In this document: piece after piece, positions 54,643-64,000 of the stretch | Position numbering within the stretch: position 1 is the first letter of the stretch | How the letters are laid out: every line of letters starts with the position of its first letter | Program-made: the position numbers and the translations under genes | Notes under the pieces: model-generated | Seen by the model: the letters and a program-made list of their open reading frames with translations, nothing else | The model's database searches: none | What the model was told of the DNA's origin: nothing | IMG/VR virus record: IMGVR_UViG_3300035182_001152 | DNA length: 64,000 bases | From: a virus | Taxonomy: Duplodnaviria > Caudoviricetes | Strand: one strand, 5' to 3'

Positions 54643-57027
54643 ATGGCAGATGCGGCACAACAGCAGTTACAACAATCAACGAGGGAGCTAACGCAAGCTC
54701 TCCGCATGCTTGCGAACCAGTCATCTCAGACTGCCGCTGCTACACAAGCAAACTACCAGAAATACCTAACCCTCAATGATGAGCTAGAGGACCACCGCAC
54801 TCAAATTATCAAAGGCCGCACCCTAACTAAGCAGCAACAAAAGCTCGATGAGGAGATGTTGGCTGCAAAGCGGAAGGAACTCCATCTTCTGAAAGAGTAT
54901 CAGAAGGCGCAAGAATCCGCCAACGAGATCGCCAACAATACAAATAAGTCGGAGTTGGAGAAGAGCGAAGCGGCCAAACATGCTCAGAAAGCTCTCCGTC
55001 GCTTCGAAGCTGCGCAGGGCGAGACGGTGGCCGCAACTAAAGAACTTGAAGATTCGCTCAGTGGGCTGACAAAAGGCGTTAACCTTGCCGGTATGGCAAT
55101 GGTCTGGTTTGGCACGACTGTAAAGAACGCCGCTTTTCAGGCACGCGACCAAGTTGTAGCAAACCAAGGAATGGTCTCAGGCACCGGAAGCCTGATTGAT
55201 GCCCTGAAGCAACAACAAGACGAAGCTCTGTCACTTGGTTTGTCTGGCTCTGAGTACGCAGGTATTATCAACGAGAGCCGTCAAATGGTTAACGCCATGG
55301 GTGGCGCATCCATGGCAACCAAGGAAGCTGAATCCAGTTTAGTCAGCTTCTACACGATGACTGGTGACTCGAAGAAGGCGTACGAGGCACTCATTCAGAC
55401 AATGGGAACGTTTGCTGCCAAGGGTATTACCCCCACGCAGCAAGTTCTTGAGGGATATGCACAAGACGTCAAGACGCTTGGAATGCAGACGGGTATGAAC
55501 GAGGCACAAGCACGTCAGTACTACGAAGACATTGCTTCTGACGCTGACTCAATTGACTTACTGCGGAGTGCACGCAAGGAAGAACGCGCGGCTATTCTAG
55601 CCAGCCAGCGCGCTATGGTGCAGCAAGCCATTGCTGTTGGTATGACAGCAGAGCAGGCGAAGGAAGCCACAAAAATGTTGAACAAGATGGTTGACGCGAA
55701 GCCGCTCGATCGTCTGAGGCAAGCTGCAAAGATTCGCGCTCTGAGTGGCGCACTGGGAATTGCTGGTGGTAACGAAGCTGCCGACGCACTTATCGCTGGC
55801 AAGCGCGCAACTGCTGTCCAAAAGCAAGCAATAATGCAGTTCGGCCAGAATGCTGCAAATGCAATGGATCAGGCAGCGAGACAAGGTTTTGGCTCTGAAA
55901 TCGTTGCATCACAGTTGATGGATAAGCTAGATCTCGACCAATACTACGGCAAAGGTAGCCCATTTTCAACCACGCTTGGTGACAAGCTTGCAAACCCAAT
56001 CAAGGAGCTGCAAGCATCAACAGTTGACGCATCAAAGAGTCAACTGGCTAAACTTGCCTATCTAGCCGACAAGGCAGCCAGACAAGCAGAGCTACTGACT
56101 GGTGGCAACCATTACCTTGGTGTTCTAGTTAGCACCGTCGAGCTGATCGCAGCAATGGTGATTGGCGGAAAACTTGTTAGCTTCGGTAAGAATCTACTCG
56201 GAGAGGTTGCAGGCAAATTGGGTCTTCGGGGAGCAGCCGCAGGAGCTGCTGGTGAGGCCGCCGCGGTCGGTGAAGGCGTTGCTGCAGGTGCCGGCGGTGC
56301 TACTGAAGGAGCAACTGGGGCTGCCGAAGGTGTTGCGGGCGCAGCAGAAGGAACATCTACAGCGGTGACTGCACTCAGCACTCTAAGCAAGGCAGCCAAG
56401 ATTCTCGGCCCACTCGCAACCGTTGGTGCAGGCGTGTACGAGGGCTATCAATCGTACAAAGAAAACGGCAGGACGGGCGAAGCAGTTGGCACTGGTGTTG
56501 GTACAGCCGCGGGGGGTCTAGCTGGCGGCTGGGCAGGTGCCGGTGCCGGTGCCGCAGCAGGCGCCTTTGTTGGCAGCATCGTCCCTGTAATCGGTACAGC
56601 TGTTGGCGCCGCCGTCGGCGGCGTGTTTGGCGGCCTTGGAGGCGGCTTGTTTGGCGCTCGGGGCGGTGGTAAGGTCGGCAAAGCAGTTGGTGGTAAATTT
56701 GATCCAGAGGGCAAGCCTGTCGTTCCGAACCCAGCCGCTGACGAGAAAGATCCCGCTGTCGAAGTGGCAAAGCGTACCGCCGACTCGAACGCGTCAATCA
56801 TGACTGCTGTCACCTCAACGGCCGACGGCATTGCTGCTCAACTGAAGAAGATGGATCAACAAAATACTACACTGCAATCAATTGCAGACATGACGCAGCG
56901 CGTAATTGAGCTGAACGAAAAGCAGTTGATTGCTCTAACGATGACGGAGAAGGAACGCACTGATACGAACACTCGTAAGACCCTTCGTCGCAACAATAAG
57001 TTTGGTTCACAATACAACTACGTATAA
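54643..57027 (+). CDS. probable tape-measure / tail-length protein
   Basis: 794 aa helical coiled coil with Gly/Ala-rich hydrophobic segment; TAAATA at 54614-54619; next to gp26 and portal. Confidence 0.65.
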   Translation: MADAAQQQLQQSTRELTQALRMLANQSSQTAAATQANYQKYLTLNDELEDHRTQIIKGRTLTKQQQKLDEEMLAAKRKELHLLKEYQKAQESANEIANNTNKSELEKSEAAKHAQKALRRFEAAQGETVAATKELEDSLSGLTKGVNLAGMAMVWFGTTVKNAAFQARDQVVANQGMVSGTGSLIDALKQQQDEALSLGLSGSEYAGIINESRQMVNAMGGASMATKEAESSLVSFYTMTGDSKKAYEALIQTMGTFAAKGITPTQQVLEGYAQDVKTLGMQTGMNEAQARQYYEDIASDADSIDLLRSARKEERAAILASQRAMVQQAIAVGMTAEQAKEATKMLNKMVDAKPLDRLRQAAKIRALSGALGIAGGNEAADALIAGKRATAVQKQAIMQFGQNAANAMDQAARQGFGSEIVASQLMDKLDLDQYYGKGSPFSTTLGDKLANPIKELQASTVDASKSQLAKLAYLADKAARQAELLTGGNHYLGVLVSTVELIAAMVIGGKLVSFGKNLLGEVAGKLGLRGAAAGAAGEAAAVGEGVAAGAGGATEGATGAAEGVAGAAEGTSTAVTALSTLSKAAKILGPLATVGAGVYEGYQSYKENGRTGEAVGTGVGTAAGGLAGGWAGAGAGAAAGAFVGSIVPVIGTAVGAAVGGVFGGLGGGLFGARGGGKVGKAVGGKFDPEGKPVVPNPAADEKDPAVEVAKRTADSNASIMTAVTSTADGIAAQLKKMDQQNTTLQSIADMTQRVIELNEKQLIALTMTEKERTDTNTRKTLRRNNKFGSQYNYV

Positions 57028-57088
57028 ACAGCCGATAAATTGACGACATAAATATTAGATAGTCTGAGTACACACCTAGGGACCAACA

Positions 57089-58759
57089 ATGGCAAAGTTT
57101 GCAGAGTTCTATAAGATCGTTACGCCCAAGCCTGGCGTAACGACAATGTCCGATAGCCAAGGGATTGGCGATCAGGGCAGCTATGCCAATTACACGTGGT
57201 ATCAGCGTCTCGTCCAAGGCTCAGCATCTCGTCTGACGCGCTACCGCGAATACGACATGATGGACAACGACGTAGAAGTCGCCCGCTCCCTTGACACAAT
57301 CGCTGAAGAAATGATTGGCTCTGATCCAAACTCCGATATGCCGCTGGAATTGGTGATGGATAGCGCCAAAGACGACAATATCCCAACCTCTGCTGTGATG
57401 ACGCTTCGTGCTGCTTTGCGGTACTGGAATGATCTTCACGAGTGGAACAACCGTCTATTCTGGCTGTCGCGCACAACAATCAAGTACGGCGACTGCTTTT
57501 ACCTGCGCCATAAAGACACACGCATGTGGGAGTACGTTCACCCAAAGACTGTTGTAGCTGCAATCGTTGATGAACGCGACATGACCAAGGTAATCGGATG
57601 GCAGATTAAGCGTGATACAAAGGCGCCAAATTCTCCATACAACCAGCCAACTGGTCACATGGGCAATTACTCAAATGAGCTGGTCGACACTTTCAGCGCC
57701 GATGAGATTGTGTGGTTCTCATTACGCAATGACATGTCCGAGGCAGCACCCTTCGGTGAATCAATCCTTCGCGCTGTCTATCGTGCACAGAAGCAGAAGG
57801 AACTGCTAGAAGACGCCATCATCATCTACCGGATTCAACGTGCTCCTGAACGCCGCGTATTCTATATCGATGTGGGCAAAATGCCGCCTCAACGCGTCAA
57901 GGCTCACTTGGAAGGGATCAAGAACGAGATCCGCCAACGCAAGATCCCCACATTTGGCGGTGGTACTGATCAGGTTGATTCTGTATACAACCCACAACAA
58001 ATGAGCGAAGACTTTTTCTTCGCTCAGCGTCCTGATGGTGCTGGCAGCAAGGTTGAAACGCTACCTGGCGGCCAAGGGCTTGGCGAGCTCGCCGACCTGG
58101 AATACTTCCAGTGGAAGGTCTTCCGTGGCTTGCGTATTCCTCTGTCGTTCATGCGTGAAGGTCAAGATAACGCAATGATGTCAGATGGCAAGACGGGCGT
58201 TGCATACATTCAAGAACTCCGCTTTGCAATGTACATTAAGCGCCTGCAGGGTTACATGAACCGTGTCCTAGACAAGGAATTCAAACGTTACCTACGCGCC
58301 GCAGGCATCAACGTCGATCCGACAATCTTCCACATCAAGCTGAATGACCCAGAAAACTTCGGCATCTACCGTCAACAACAGTTGGACAACGACCTATTGA
58401 CAACGTACTCACAGACAGCGGCGATTGAACACATGTCCAAGCGCTTTGCACAGAAGAAGTACCTCCAGATGCCTGATGAGGAAATTCTGCTCAACTTCCG
58501 TTGGCGTTGTGAAGAGTTGGGACTTGATCCTGACGGAGACCCGAAAGCTAACATGCTAGCTGTTTACGGCCCTCCACCGGCAGAGGATGGCGGAATGGGT
58601 GCTGGTGGCTTGGGTGGAATGATGGCTGGAACGCTTGGCGGCCCTGGCATGGATCAACCGTTAGGTATGGGTGAACCAGGCATGGGCGGTCCCGAAACTC
58701 AAATTGGAGGCGCCGCTCAACCCCCCGGAAATGGTGGGGCAACTCCGCCGGCCCAGTAA
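57089..58759 (+). CDS. portal protein (T4 gp20-like)
   Basis: LLEDAIIIYRIQRAPERRVFYIDVGKMP, MSEDFFF, VETLPGG; TAAATA at 57049-57054. Confidence 0.97.
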   Translation: MAKFAEFYKIVTPKPGVTTMSDSQGIGDQGSYANYTWYQRLVQGSASRLTRYREYDMMDNDVEVARSLDTIAEEMIGSDPNSDMPLELVMDSAKDDNIPTSAVMTLRAALRYWNDLHEWNNRLFWLSRTTIKYGDCFYLRHKDTRMWEYVHPKTVVAAIVDERDMTKVIGWQIKRDTKAPNSPYNQPTGHMGNYSNELVDTFSADEIVWFSLRNDMSEAAPFGESILRAVYRAQKQKELLEDAIIIYRIQRAPERRVFYIDVGKMPPQRVKAHLEGIKNEIRQRKIPTFGGGTDQVDSVYNPQQMSEDFFFAQRPDGAGSKVETLPGGQGLGELADLEYFQWKVFRGLRIPLSFMREGQDNAMMSDGKTGVAYIQELRFAMYIKRLQGYMNRVLDKEFKRYLRAAGINVDPTIFHIKLNDPENFGIYRQQQLDNDLLTTYSQTAAIEHMSKRFAQKKYLQMPDEEILLNFRWRCEELGLDPDGDPKANMLAVYGPPPAEDGGMGAGGLGGMMAGTLGGPGMDQPLGMGEPGMGGPETQIGGAAQPPGNGGATPPAQ

Positions 58760-58845
58760 ATCCGCGCGATTTCCGAACGCGTACCAATAAATAAATCAGC
58801 GGCTTCGTGACGGAGCCTACAACAACTTCCACATAGGGGTCAAGT

Positions 58846-59112
58846 ATGAACAAGCAAATGAAGCAACATCTCGAATCAGTAGTCGACGCTCTGGTTGAAC
58901 AAGATACAGCCGCAGCCAAGGAAGCCTTCCACAGCTACCTGCGCCTGAAGTCACAAGCCATCCTGATGGGTGAAGCTGCCGATGAGTCGGACGATGAAGA
59001 CGACGAAAAGAAGGATGACAAGAAGGTCGATAAGGATCTGAAGAAGGTTGACAAAGACCTGAAGAAGGCCGAAAAGGACCAAAAGAAGGACGTTGAAGAT
59101 ACTGAAGAGTAA
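58846..59112 (+). CDS. prohead core protein (gp67/gp68-like)
   Basis: Small highly charged protein between portal and protease; TAAATA at 58788-58793. Confidence 0.65.
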   Translation: MNKQMKQHLESVVDALVEQDTAAAKEAFHSYLRLKSQAILMGEAADESDDEDDEKKDDKKVDKDLKKVDKDLKKAEKDQKKDVEDTEE

Positions 59113-59134
59113 TCTCAACGGCTAAGGAGACGTC

Positions 59135-59773
59135 ATGTCAAACTCACCAATCCTACTCTGTGAAGAGCTGTACGCGCCTGAAGCACGAATCGTTTCCGAA
59201 TCGTCATCAGACGGCAAGTCCATGTGGCTTAACGGCGTTTGCATGCAGAGCACGATCAAGAACCGTAATGGTCGTAACTACCCGCTGCAAGAAATTGCTA
59301 ACGCTGTCAACAGCGCGAAGCAACGCATCAAGGAAAACAATGGCATTTTTGGTGAGCTTGATCACCCACAAACTCTGAACATCAATAGCGATCGCATTTC
59401 ACACGTGATCACCGAAATGTGGATGAGTGGCAATGATGCCTACGGTAAGGCAAAGCTGCTGAACACACCAATGGGTCTAATCGCTCAAGAGCTGCTGAAG
59501 AGCGGCGTCAAAATTGGTGTATCAAGCCGTGGTGCTGGTAATGTTAACGAAAGTGGTGATGTTCAGGGCTTCCAGTTCATCACATACGACATCGTCATTA
59601 CACCAAGCGCTCCAGGTGCAATGCCAGGCCTAGTGTACGAATCTCTATTGTCCAAGCAAGGTCAAAAGGTTCAAACGCTGTCTGAACAGATGCGTAATGA
59701 CCCAGCAGCTCAGAAGTACTTCAAGAAGGAATTCCTGAAGTGGCTAAACACATCTGACTTTGCTAAGGTCTGA
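59135..59773 (+). CDS. prohead protease (T4 gp21-like)
   Basis: NRNGRNYP, GELDHP, RISHVI, GVSSRGAG, DIVITPSAPGA. Confidence 0.96.
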   Translation: MSNSPILLCEELYAPEARIVSESSSDGKSMWLNGVCMQSTIKNRNGRNYPLQEIANAVNSAKQRIKENNGIFGELDHPQTLNINSDRISHVITEMWMSGNDAYGKAKLLNTPMGLIAQELLKSGVKIGVSSRGAGNVNESGDVQGFQFITYDIVITPSAPGAMPGLVYESLLSKQGQKVQTLSEQMRNDPAAQKYFKKEFLKWLNTSDFAKV

Positions 59774-59816
59774 TTTCAAGCTAACGAAGCGACAAATCTG
59801 AAATTTTCAGGTGCCA

Positions 59817-59845
59817 CAAAAAGCCGCAGAAATCTGCGGCTTTTT
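59817..59845 (+). terminator. rho-independent terminator
   Basis: AAAAGCCGCAGA-A-ATCTGCGGCTTTTT. Confidence 0.85.
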
Positions 59846-59943
59846 CATTCTCACGAGCTAGTTTTACTGGCTCAAGGGAACAGTCCCATAAATAAATTCA
59901 CAACAAGATTTGCACTAAGCAACTTGTCACGGAGAACACCCAA

Positions 59944-60879
59944 ATGGATGAACTGTTTAACAAACTACTTGCCGCGGAAGTACTGACCGAGGAAACGAAG
60001 CAAGAGCTACAAGCAGCCTTTACTGAAAAGCTCAATGAAGCAGTTCAAAAGGCACGTGCTGACGCTCAAGCTGCAGTCACTGCCGAACTAAACGAAGCTT
60101 GGCTGTCCGAACGTGACACCCTGATCGAAGCACTCGATGCTAAGGTCACAGAAGCTCTAACAGAAGAAATGTCGGAACTGCGTACAGATATTGAACGCTT
60201 CCGCGATCTCGAAGCTGAATACGCTGAAAAGCTGGTCGAAGCTAAGGGTCAAATGGCTATCACCGTCAAGAAGGATGTGGCCCAGTTGATTGAAAAGCTC
60301 GACAACTTCCTGGAAATCCGCCTGGCCACCGAAATCGAAGAGCTGCGCGAAGACATCCAAGAAGTGAAGAAGAACGAATTTGGTAAGAAGGTGTTTGAAT
60401 CGTTTGTTGCTGAATTCAAGAAGCACTACGCTGGTGATGATTCCATCGAAGCGAAACTGAATGAATCAGAACAACGTCTGGAAGACACACTTGCCGCTCT
60501 TGAAGAAGCTGAAAAGAAGGCTGCAAAGCTGGAACGCTCTATCAAGATGGAAAAGACTTTGGCGCCACTATCTGGTCGTTCACGCGACGTGATGGAAGCA
60601 ATCCTGAAGAGCATCGACACACCGATGCTTGAAGAAGCTTACAACACGTACGTCGGCCGAGTGCTCAAGGAAACGTCCGCTAAGGACGTAAAGACCTCAG
60701 AGAAGGAAGATGCAGTACTAGCTGAAGGTAAGGGTAAGAAGGAAGTAACTGGTGTTGTGAAGTCTGGTGACGACAAGGCACTGAAGGAAGAAGAAGCAAT
60801 TCTGGAATCCGCAGAACCAAAGTCCACGATTTCGACATCTGAAAAGGACCGCTACCGTCGTCTCGCCGGTTTGGCCTAA
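59944..60879 (+). CDS. prohead scaffold protein (T4 gp22-like)
   Basis: Acidic coiled coil between protease and capsid genes; TAAATA at 59889-59894. Confidence 0.88.
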   Translation: MDELFNKLLAAEVLTEETKQELQAAFTEKLNEAVQKARADAQAAVTAELNEAWLSERDTLIEALDAKVTEALTEEMSELRTDIERFRDLEAEYAEKLVEAKGQMAITVKKDVAQLIEKLDNFLEIRLATEIEELREDIQEVKKNEFGKKVFESFVAEFKKHYAGDDSIEAKLNESEQRLEDTLAALEEAEKKAAKLERSIKMEKTLAPLSGRSRDVMEAILKSIDTPMLEEAYNTYVGRVLKETSAKDVKTSEKEDAVLAEGKGKKEVTGVVKSGDDKALKEEEAILESAEPKSTISTSEKDRYRRLAGLA

Positions 60880-60924
60880 ATCTCAACCTGCTATTACTAG
60901 CAAACCACTCTACGGAGAAACACA

Positions 60925-62367
60925 ATGAACGATCTATTTGAAAATTGGTCAGAAGTTAAGGACGCCCTGTTGGAAGGTCTGGACACTTCGAAGAAGCAAA
61001 TCGTCGGCACTCTGCTTGAAAACCAGAAGTCCCACATCCTGAACGAAACTGCAGCCGCTGGCGCAGTTGCTGCTCAAGACATCGCAGGTTTCCGCAAGAT
61101 CCTGATTCCGATGATCCGCCGTATCATCCCTGGTACAATCGCAACCGAAATCGTTGGTGTTCAGCCAATGCAAGGTCCAGTTGGCCTCGTTTACACGATG
61201 CGCTACAAGTACGGTGAAGCTGTTGCAGTTCCTGCAGCTGGCTCCGCTGGCAACCCATGGACGGCAAACGGTTCTGACGGTACAATTTCCGCTGGTTCGG
61301 AAATGTTCGGTAACAACCCTGTTCTGCGTCAATTCTACTCTGGTGCCGCCGGTGCCGCAGTGGGTGACGGTGGTGCAGCTCAGCCTGCTGGTGCTTCTGG
61401 CATCACCAACGCTGCTGCTGACGAAGCAGACATCCAGGGCAACGCATCACGTGGTGCATGGCCTTCAAGCCTGCCAGCATACAACAGCTCGCTGTTTGGT
61501 CCATACCCATCGTCGGGTACTGACGCCATCGGCCAAGCTTACGCTGGTCGTCTGTACGGTGGTGCTGGCTCCTTCATCGAAGGTTCTGGTGGTCGTACAG
61601 TGAAGCTGGAAGTCGTGTCGCAAGCTGTTGAAGCTGGTACACGCAAGCTGCAAGCTGGTTGGACGGTCGAAGCTATGCAAGACCTGAAGAGCCAGCACGG
61701 TCTGGACCTCGAGTCCGAACTGTCGCAAGTTGTTTCTGCAGAAATCGTGCAAGAAATCGACAGCGAAATCCTGTCCGACCTGTTGGCTCTGGCCGGCACG
61801 GTTGGTACGTACGACTACTCGTCGATCGGTCTGGGCCCTCAGTACCAGCCAGCATACCTGGGCGATCGTTTCGCTAACCTGGGTATTGTGATCAACGCAG
61901 TTGCAAACGAAATCGCTCGTAAGACGCGTCGTGGTGCAGCCAACTTCATCGTTGTCTCTCCAATGGTCGTTTCGATCCTCCAGTCAGCAGCTAAGTCGGT
62001 GTTCGCACCAGCTGTTGCAGGCTCGTTCAAGGGTCCTAACAACTCGATGCTAGTCGGTACTCTGAACGGTTCGATCAAGGTTTACAGCTACCTGTGGAAC
62101 CAAGTCTCCGGTCTGGGCTCCGCTGTGAACGACGTGATCCTCGTCGGTTACAAGGGTGGCAACGGTGAAACGGACACTGGTTACTTCTACTGCCCATACA
62201 TCCCTCTGATGTCAAGCGGTGTCGTGATCAACCCAGTCACGTTCCAGCCAGTCGTTTCGATGATGACTCGTTACGGCAAGACAGCGTTCACGCAAACGCA
62301 AACATCGTTGGGCAACAGCGCTGATTATTACGGTAAGATCAACGTTTCCAACTTCCAGTTCGCCTAA
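60925..62367 (+). CDS. major capsid protein (T4 gp23-like)
   Basis: LLENQ, IPMIRR, GVQPMQGPVG, RKLQAGWTVEAMQDLKSQHGLD, FYCPYIPL, MTRYG. Confidence 0.98.
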   Translation: MNDLFENWSEVKDALLEGLDTSKKQIVGTLLENQKSHILNETAAAGAVAAQDIAGFRKILIPMIRRIIPGTIATEIVGVQPMQGPVGLVYTMRYKYGEAVAVPAAGSAGNPWTANGSDGTISAGSEMFGNNPVLRQFYSGAAGAAVGDGGAAQPAGASGITNAAADEADIQGNASRGAWPSSLPAYNSSLFGPYPSSGTDAIGQAYAGRLYGGAGSFIEGSGGRTVKLEVVSQAVEAGTRKLQAGWTVEAMQDLKSQHGLDLESELSQVVSAEIVQEIDSEILSDLLALAGTVGTYDYSSIGLGPQYQPAYLGDRFANLGIVINAVANEIARKTRRGAANFIVVSPMVVSILQSAAKSVFAPAVAGSFKGPNNSMLVGTLNGSIKVYSYLWNQVSGLGSAVNDVILVGYKGGNGETDTGYFYCPYIPLMSSGVVINPVTFQPVVSMMTRYGKTAFTQTQTSLGNSADYYGKINVSNFQFA

Positions 62368-62419
62368 TCAACGCACCCTTCGGGGTGCTTGCCTAAGCAA
62401 GCGGGATGACGAAAGTCAC

Positions 62420-62448
62420 AAAGGTCTCTTCGGAGACCTTTTTTATTG
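62420..62448 (+). terminator. terminator, copy 1 of a 29-bp direct repeat
   Basis: AAAGGTCTCTTCGGAGACCTTTTTTATTG. Confidence 0.9.
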
Positions 62449-62637
62449 CTTGAATGAAATGTGCAGCAAATCTTCAAACGTTACCCTGGAAAGTAACCGT
62501 TGTTGAGAGAGATTTACTAACCGACAATAAGCGCACTGGTTAATTGTTACCAACGGGAAACCGTGATGCAGAGGTGTTGTGCGTAGGTTGTCTATCACAC
62601 AACGAACAACGCAAAGATACAAACGAAAGTCAAATAT

Positions 62638-62827
62638 GAGCGCACTTTTCATTGCCCAACCGACTCCCTCCGGAGTCACCCTTACCGAAGCATTCAACGC
62701 ATGGCGTGCCGAACAAGGCCTCAAGCCTGTCGCACCACAAACCTTGAAGCGATATGTTGGAGGTGGTGCTGGATATGAAAATGGTCCTCCGAAGAAGCTC
62801 ATGCAGTTCCTTCGAACGATTGTGTAA
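62638..62827 (+). CDS. small hypothetical protein in the terminator-flanked cassette
   Basis: MSALFIAQPTPSG...LRTIV*; start (62579 or about 62637) uncertain. Confidence 0.45.
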
Positions 62828-62847
62828 CGCACCTAGTGCGGAAGGCA

Positions 62848-62876
62848 AAAGGTCTCTTCGGAGACCTTTTTTATTG
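62848..62876 (+). terminator. terminator, copy 2 of the 29-bp direct repeat
   Basis: Identical to 62420-62448. Confidence 0.9.
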
Positions 62877-62912
62877 GCTGAACGTAAATACTCAACCACG
62901 TTGGGAGAATAT

Positions 62913-63536
62913 ATGTTCATTGTGAAGCCCTCTACCTTCAATCCGTCTCTATACCTAACCAAGACCGTTGACGATGAACACGCCTTAAACAGCACCCTTG
63001 TCCGATACTTTGACAAGGATGGTTTCGAGCTAACACCACTTGAGCGTGAATACTATGTGGCTAACGGCGTAGAGTTGACGAGCTACTTGGAAAACATAGC
63101 AGCTCACAAATCTTGGATTGAACTAGAGGCACGACACCCATCAGTGTTTTTAGACCACAGCATGCTGTTAGAGCGGTACCAATTTGCTGGTGATGCTGCA
63201 GCTCAACTTGAGCGCCTCGCGCGTGCAAACCCCGAGCTCTGGAAACTTCTGCGTACGCGGTGCAAGTGGGGAATTGACTTCTCCGTGGATTACATCACGG
63301 ACAATTGTGTGACGGATGTGTTTCACGTAGAGTTTGACAGCCAATCTCTGGAACAACTACTACCAATCAAGAGCATCGTTGAGCAAATTGTTCTATCTAC
63401 TGATTGGGTTGATGCGGGAGAGCGAATTCGCGCCAACCGTTGCCAGTGGGAGCATCTTGAAGGCAAAGAGCAACAAAACTGGAAGGCAAAGTACTTTGGG
63501 TTCAATGCCGCAGAGATCCTCTGCAAGACATTGTAG
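62913..63536 (+). CDS. conserved phage hypothetical protein
   Basis: FDKDGFEL..LE..YY..NG and KWGIDFSVDY motifs; TAAATA at 62885-62890 and GGGAGA RBS. Confidence 0.75.
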   Translation: MFIVKPSTFNPSLYLTKTVDDEHALNSTLVRYFDKDGFELTPLEREYYVANGVELTSYLENIAAHKSWIELEARHPSVFLDHSMLLERYQFAGDAAAQLERLARANPELWKLLRTRCKWGIDFSVDYITDNCVTDVFHVEFDSQSLEQLLPIKSIVEQIVLSTDWVDAGERIRANRCQWEHLEGKEQQNWKAKYFGFNAAEILCKTL

Positions 63537-63607
63537 CTTTTTACCATCTGAACCAATTCCACGATAAATATCTAGCGCAAAACTCGTGCGAAAAGGTGAC
63601 GCAACAT

Positions 63608-63952
63608 ATGCTAACATTCAAGCAGTATCTCGAAAGCAAGGACCAGCTCCGCAAAGCCATTGAGAATACTCCAACTGCCATCATTGAATATGAGGTCAAA
63701 AAGTATTGTTCGTTGACTGTTGGCGAGACAGAGGATGAGAAGACACTGGTTGGCTTGAAACCCAAGCACAAGATCATTGTTGAGTGGCGCTACGACAGCG
63801 TCCAAGACCCAACCCCCGAGTCAATCCAATTCGTCGGTCTCAAGGATATCGACGAAGATGAAAAGGTGTCCACATTCTGGACCGGATCAAAGCTAACAAA
63901 ATGGCTCGCACGCCACACCACGAAGGAAGTCAACAATGGATACAAAGTTTAA
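63608..63952 (+). CDS. hypothetical late protein, possible head-internal protein
   Basis: N-terminus MLTFKQYLES resembles the T4 capsid-targeting sequence; TAAATA at 63565-63570. Confidence 0.7.
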   Translation: MLTFKQYLESKDQLRKAIENTPTAIIEYEVKKYCSLTVGETEDEKTLVGLKPKHKIIVEWRYDSVQDPTPESIQFVGLKDIDEDEKVSTFWTGSKLTKWLARHTTKEVNNGYKV

Positions 63953-64000
63953 CCTGCTGAAGACGGCAAACGACCGCATCATTATCGAGCGATATGAAGA
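63936..64000 (+). CDS. 5' end of next gene (partial)
   Basis: MDTKFNLLKTANDRIIIERYE... behind AAGGA, open to the window end. Confidence 0.55.
   Translation, partial: MDTKFNLLKTANDRIIIERYE

Noticed and set aside
56200-56700. Gly/Ala-rich GC-rich stretch resembling a tandem repeat or collagen
   Set aside because: It is the low-complexity coding region of the tape-measure-like protein, with no exact nucleotide periodicity.
58940-59110. Repeated AAGAAGGTTGACAAAGACCTG-like units
   Set aside because: They encode the short KKVDKDL duplication in a charged prohead core protein and are ordinary.
1-64000. tRNA, tmRNA or rRNA genes
   Set aside because: No cloverleaf with a T-loop GTTCGA and acceptor stem was found in any intergenic gap.

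Overview
This window is part of a large T4-related (jumbo-type) myovirus genome in the standard genetic code. The host is probably a proteobacterium, inferred from sigma70-type promoters and a PbpG-like gene. Replication and nucleotide genes include topoisomerase II (gp52-like), nrdA/nrdB, gp41 helicase, family B DNA polymerase, gp45 clamp, RNase H, gp46/gp47 and a RuvC-like resolvase. Transcription genes are the gp55 late sigma factor and DsbA, and a TAAATA late-promoter motif recurs before most structural genes. A minus-strand baseplate module carries a 3260-aa wedge protein, gp6, gp25, gp5, a hub-SLT fusion, gp53 and PAAR, and a head module runs portal-gp21-gp22-gp23. There are four intact free-standing homing-endonuclease (HE) genes and one internally deleted one. 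No tRNA, CRISPR array or intein was seen. The most notable observations are: (1) a roughly 350-nt densely paired candidate ncRNA starting at the 3' end of an HNH gene; (2) three unrelated HEs that share a late-promoter plus RBS-sequestering-hairpin cassette; (3) an 11-bp inverted repeat split by an HE that covers the RBS and AUG of the giant baseplate gene; (4) an HE remnant that left a recoded duplicate of the gp6 N-terminus; (5) an early HAD nucleotidase plus 2H-phosphoesterase operon; (6) a tandem triplet of paralogs of unknown function; and (7) a small cassette flanked by identical 29-bp terminators. Product names come from motifs read by eye, and no database searches were run.
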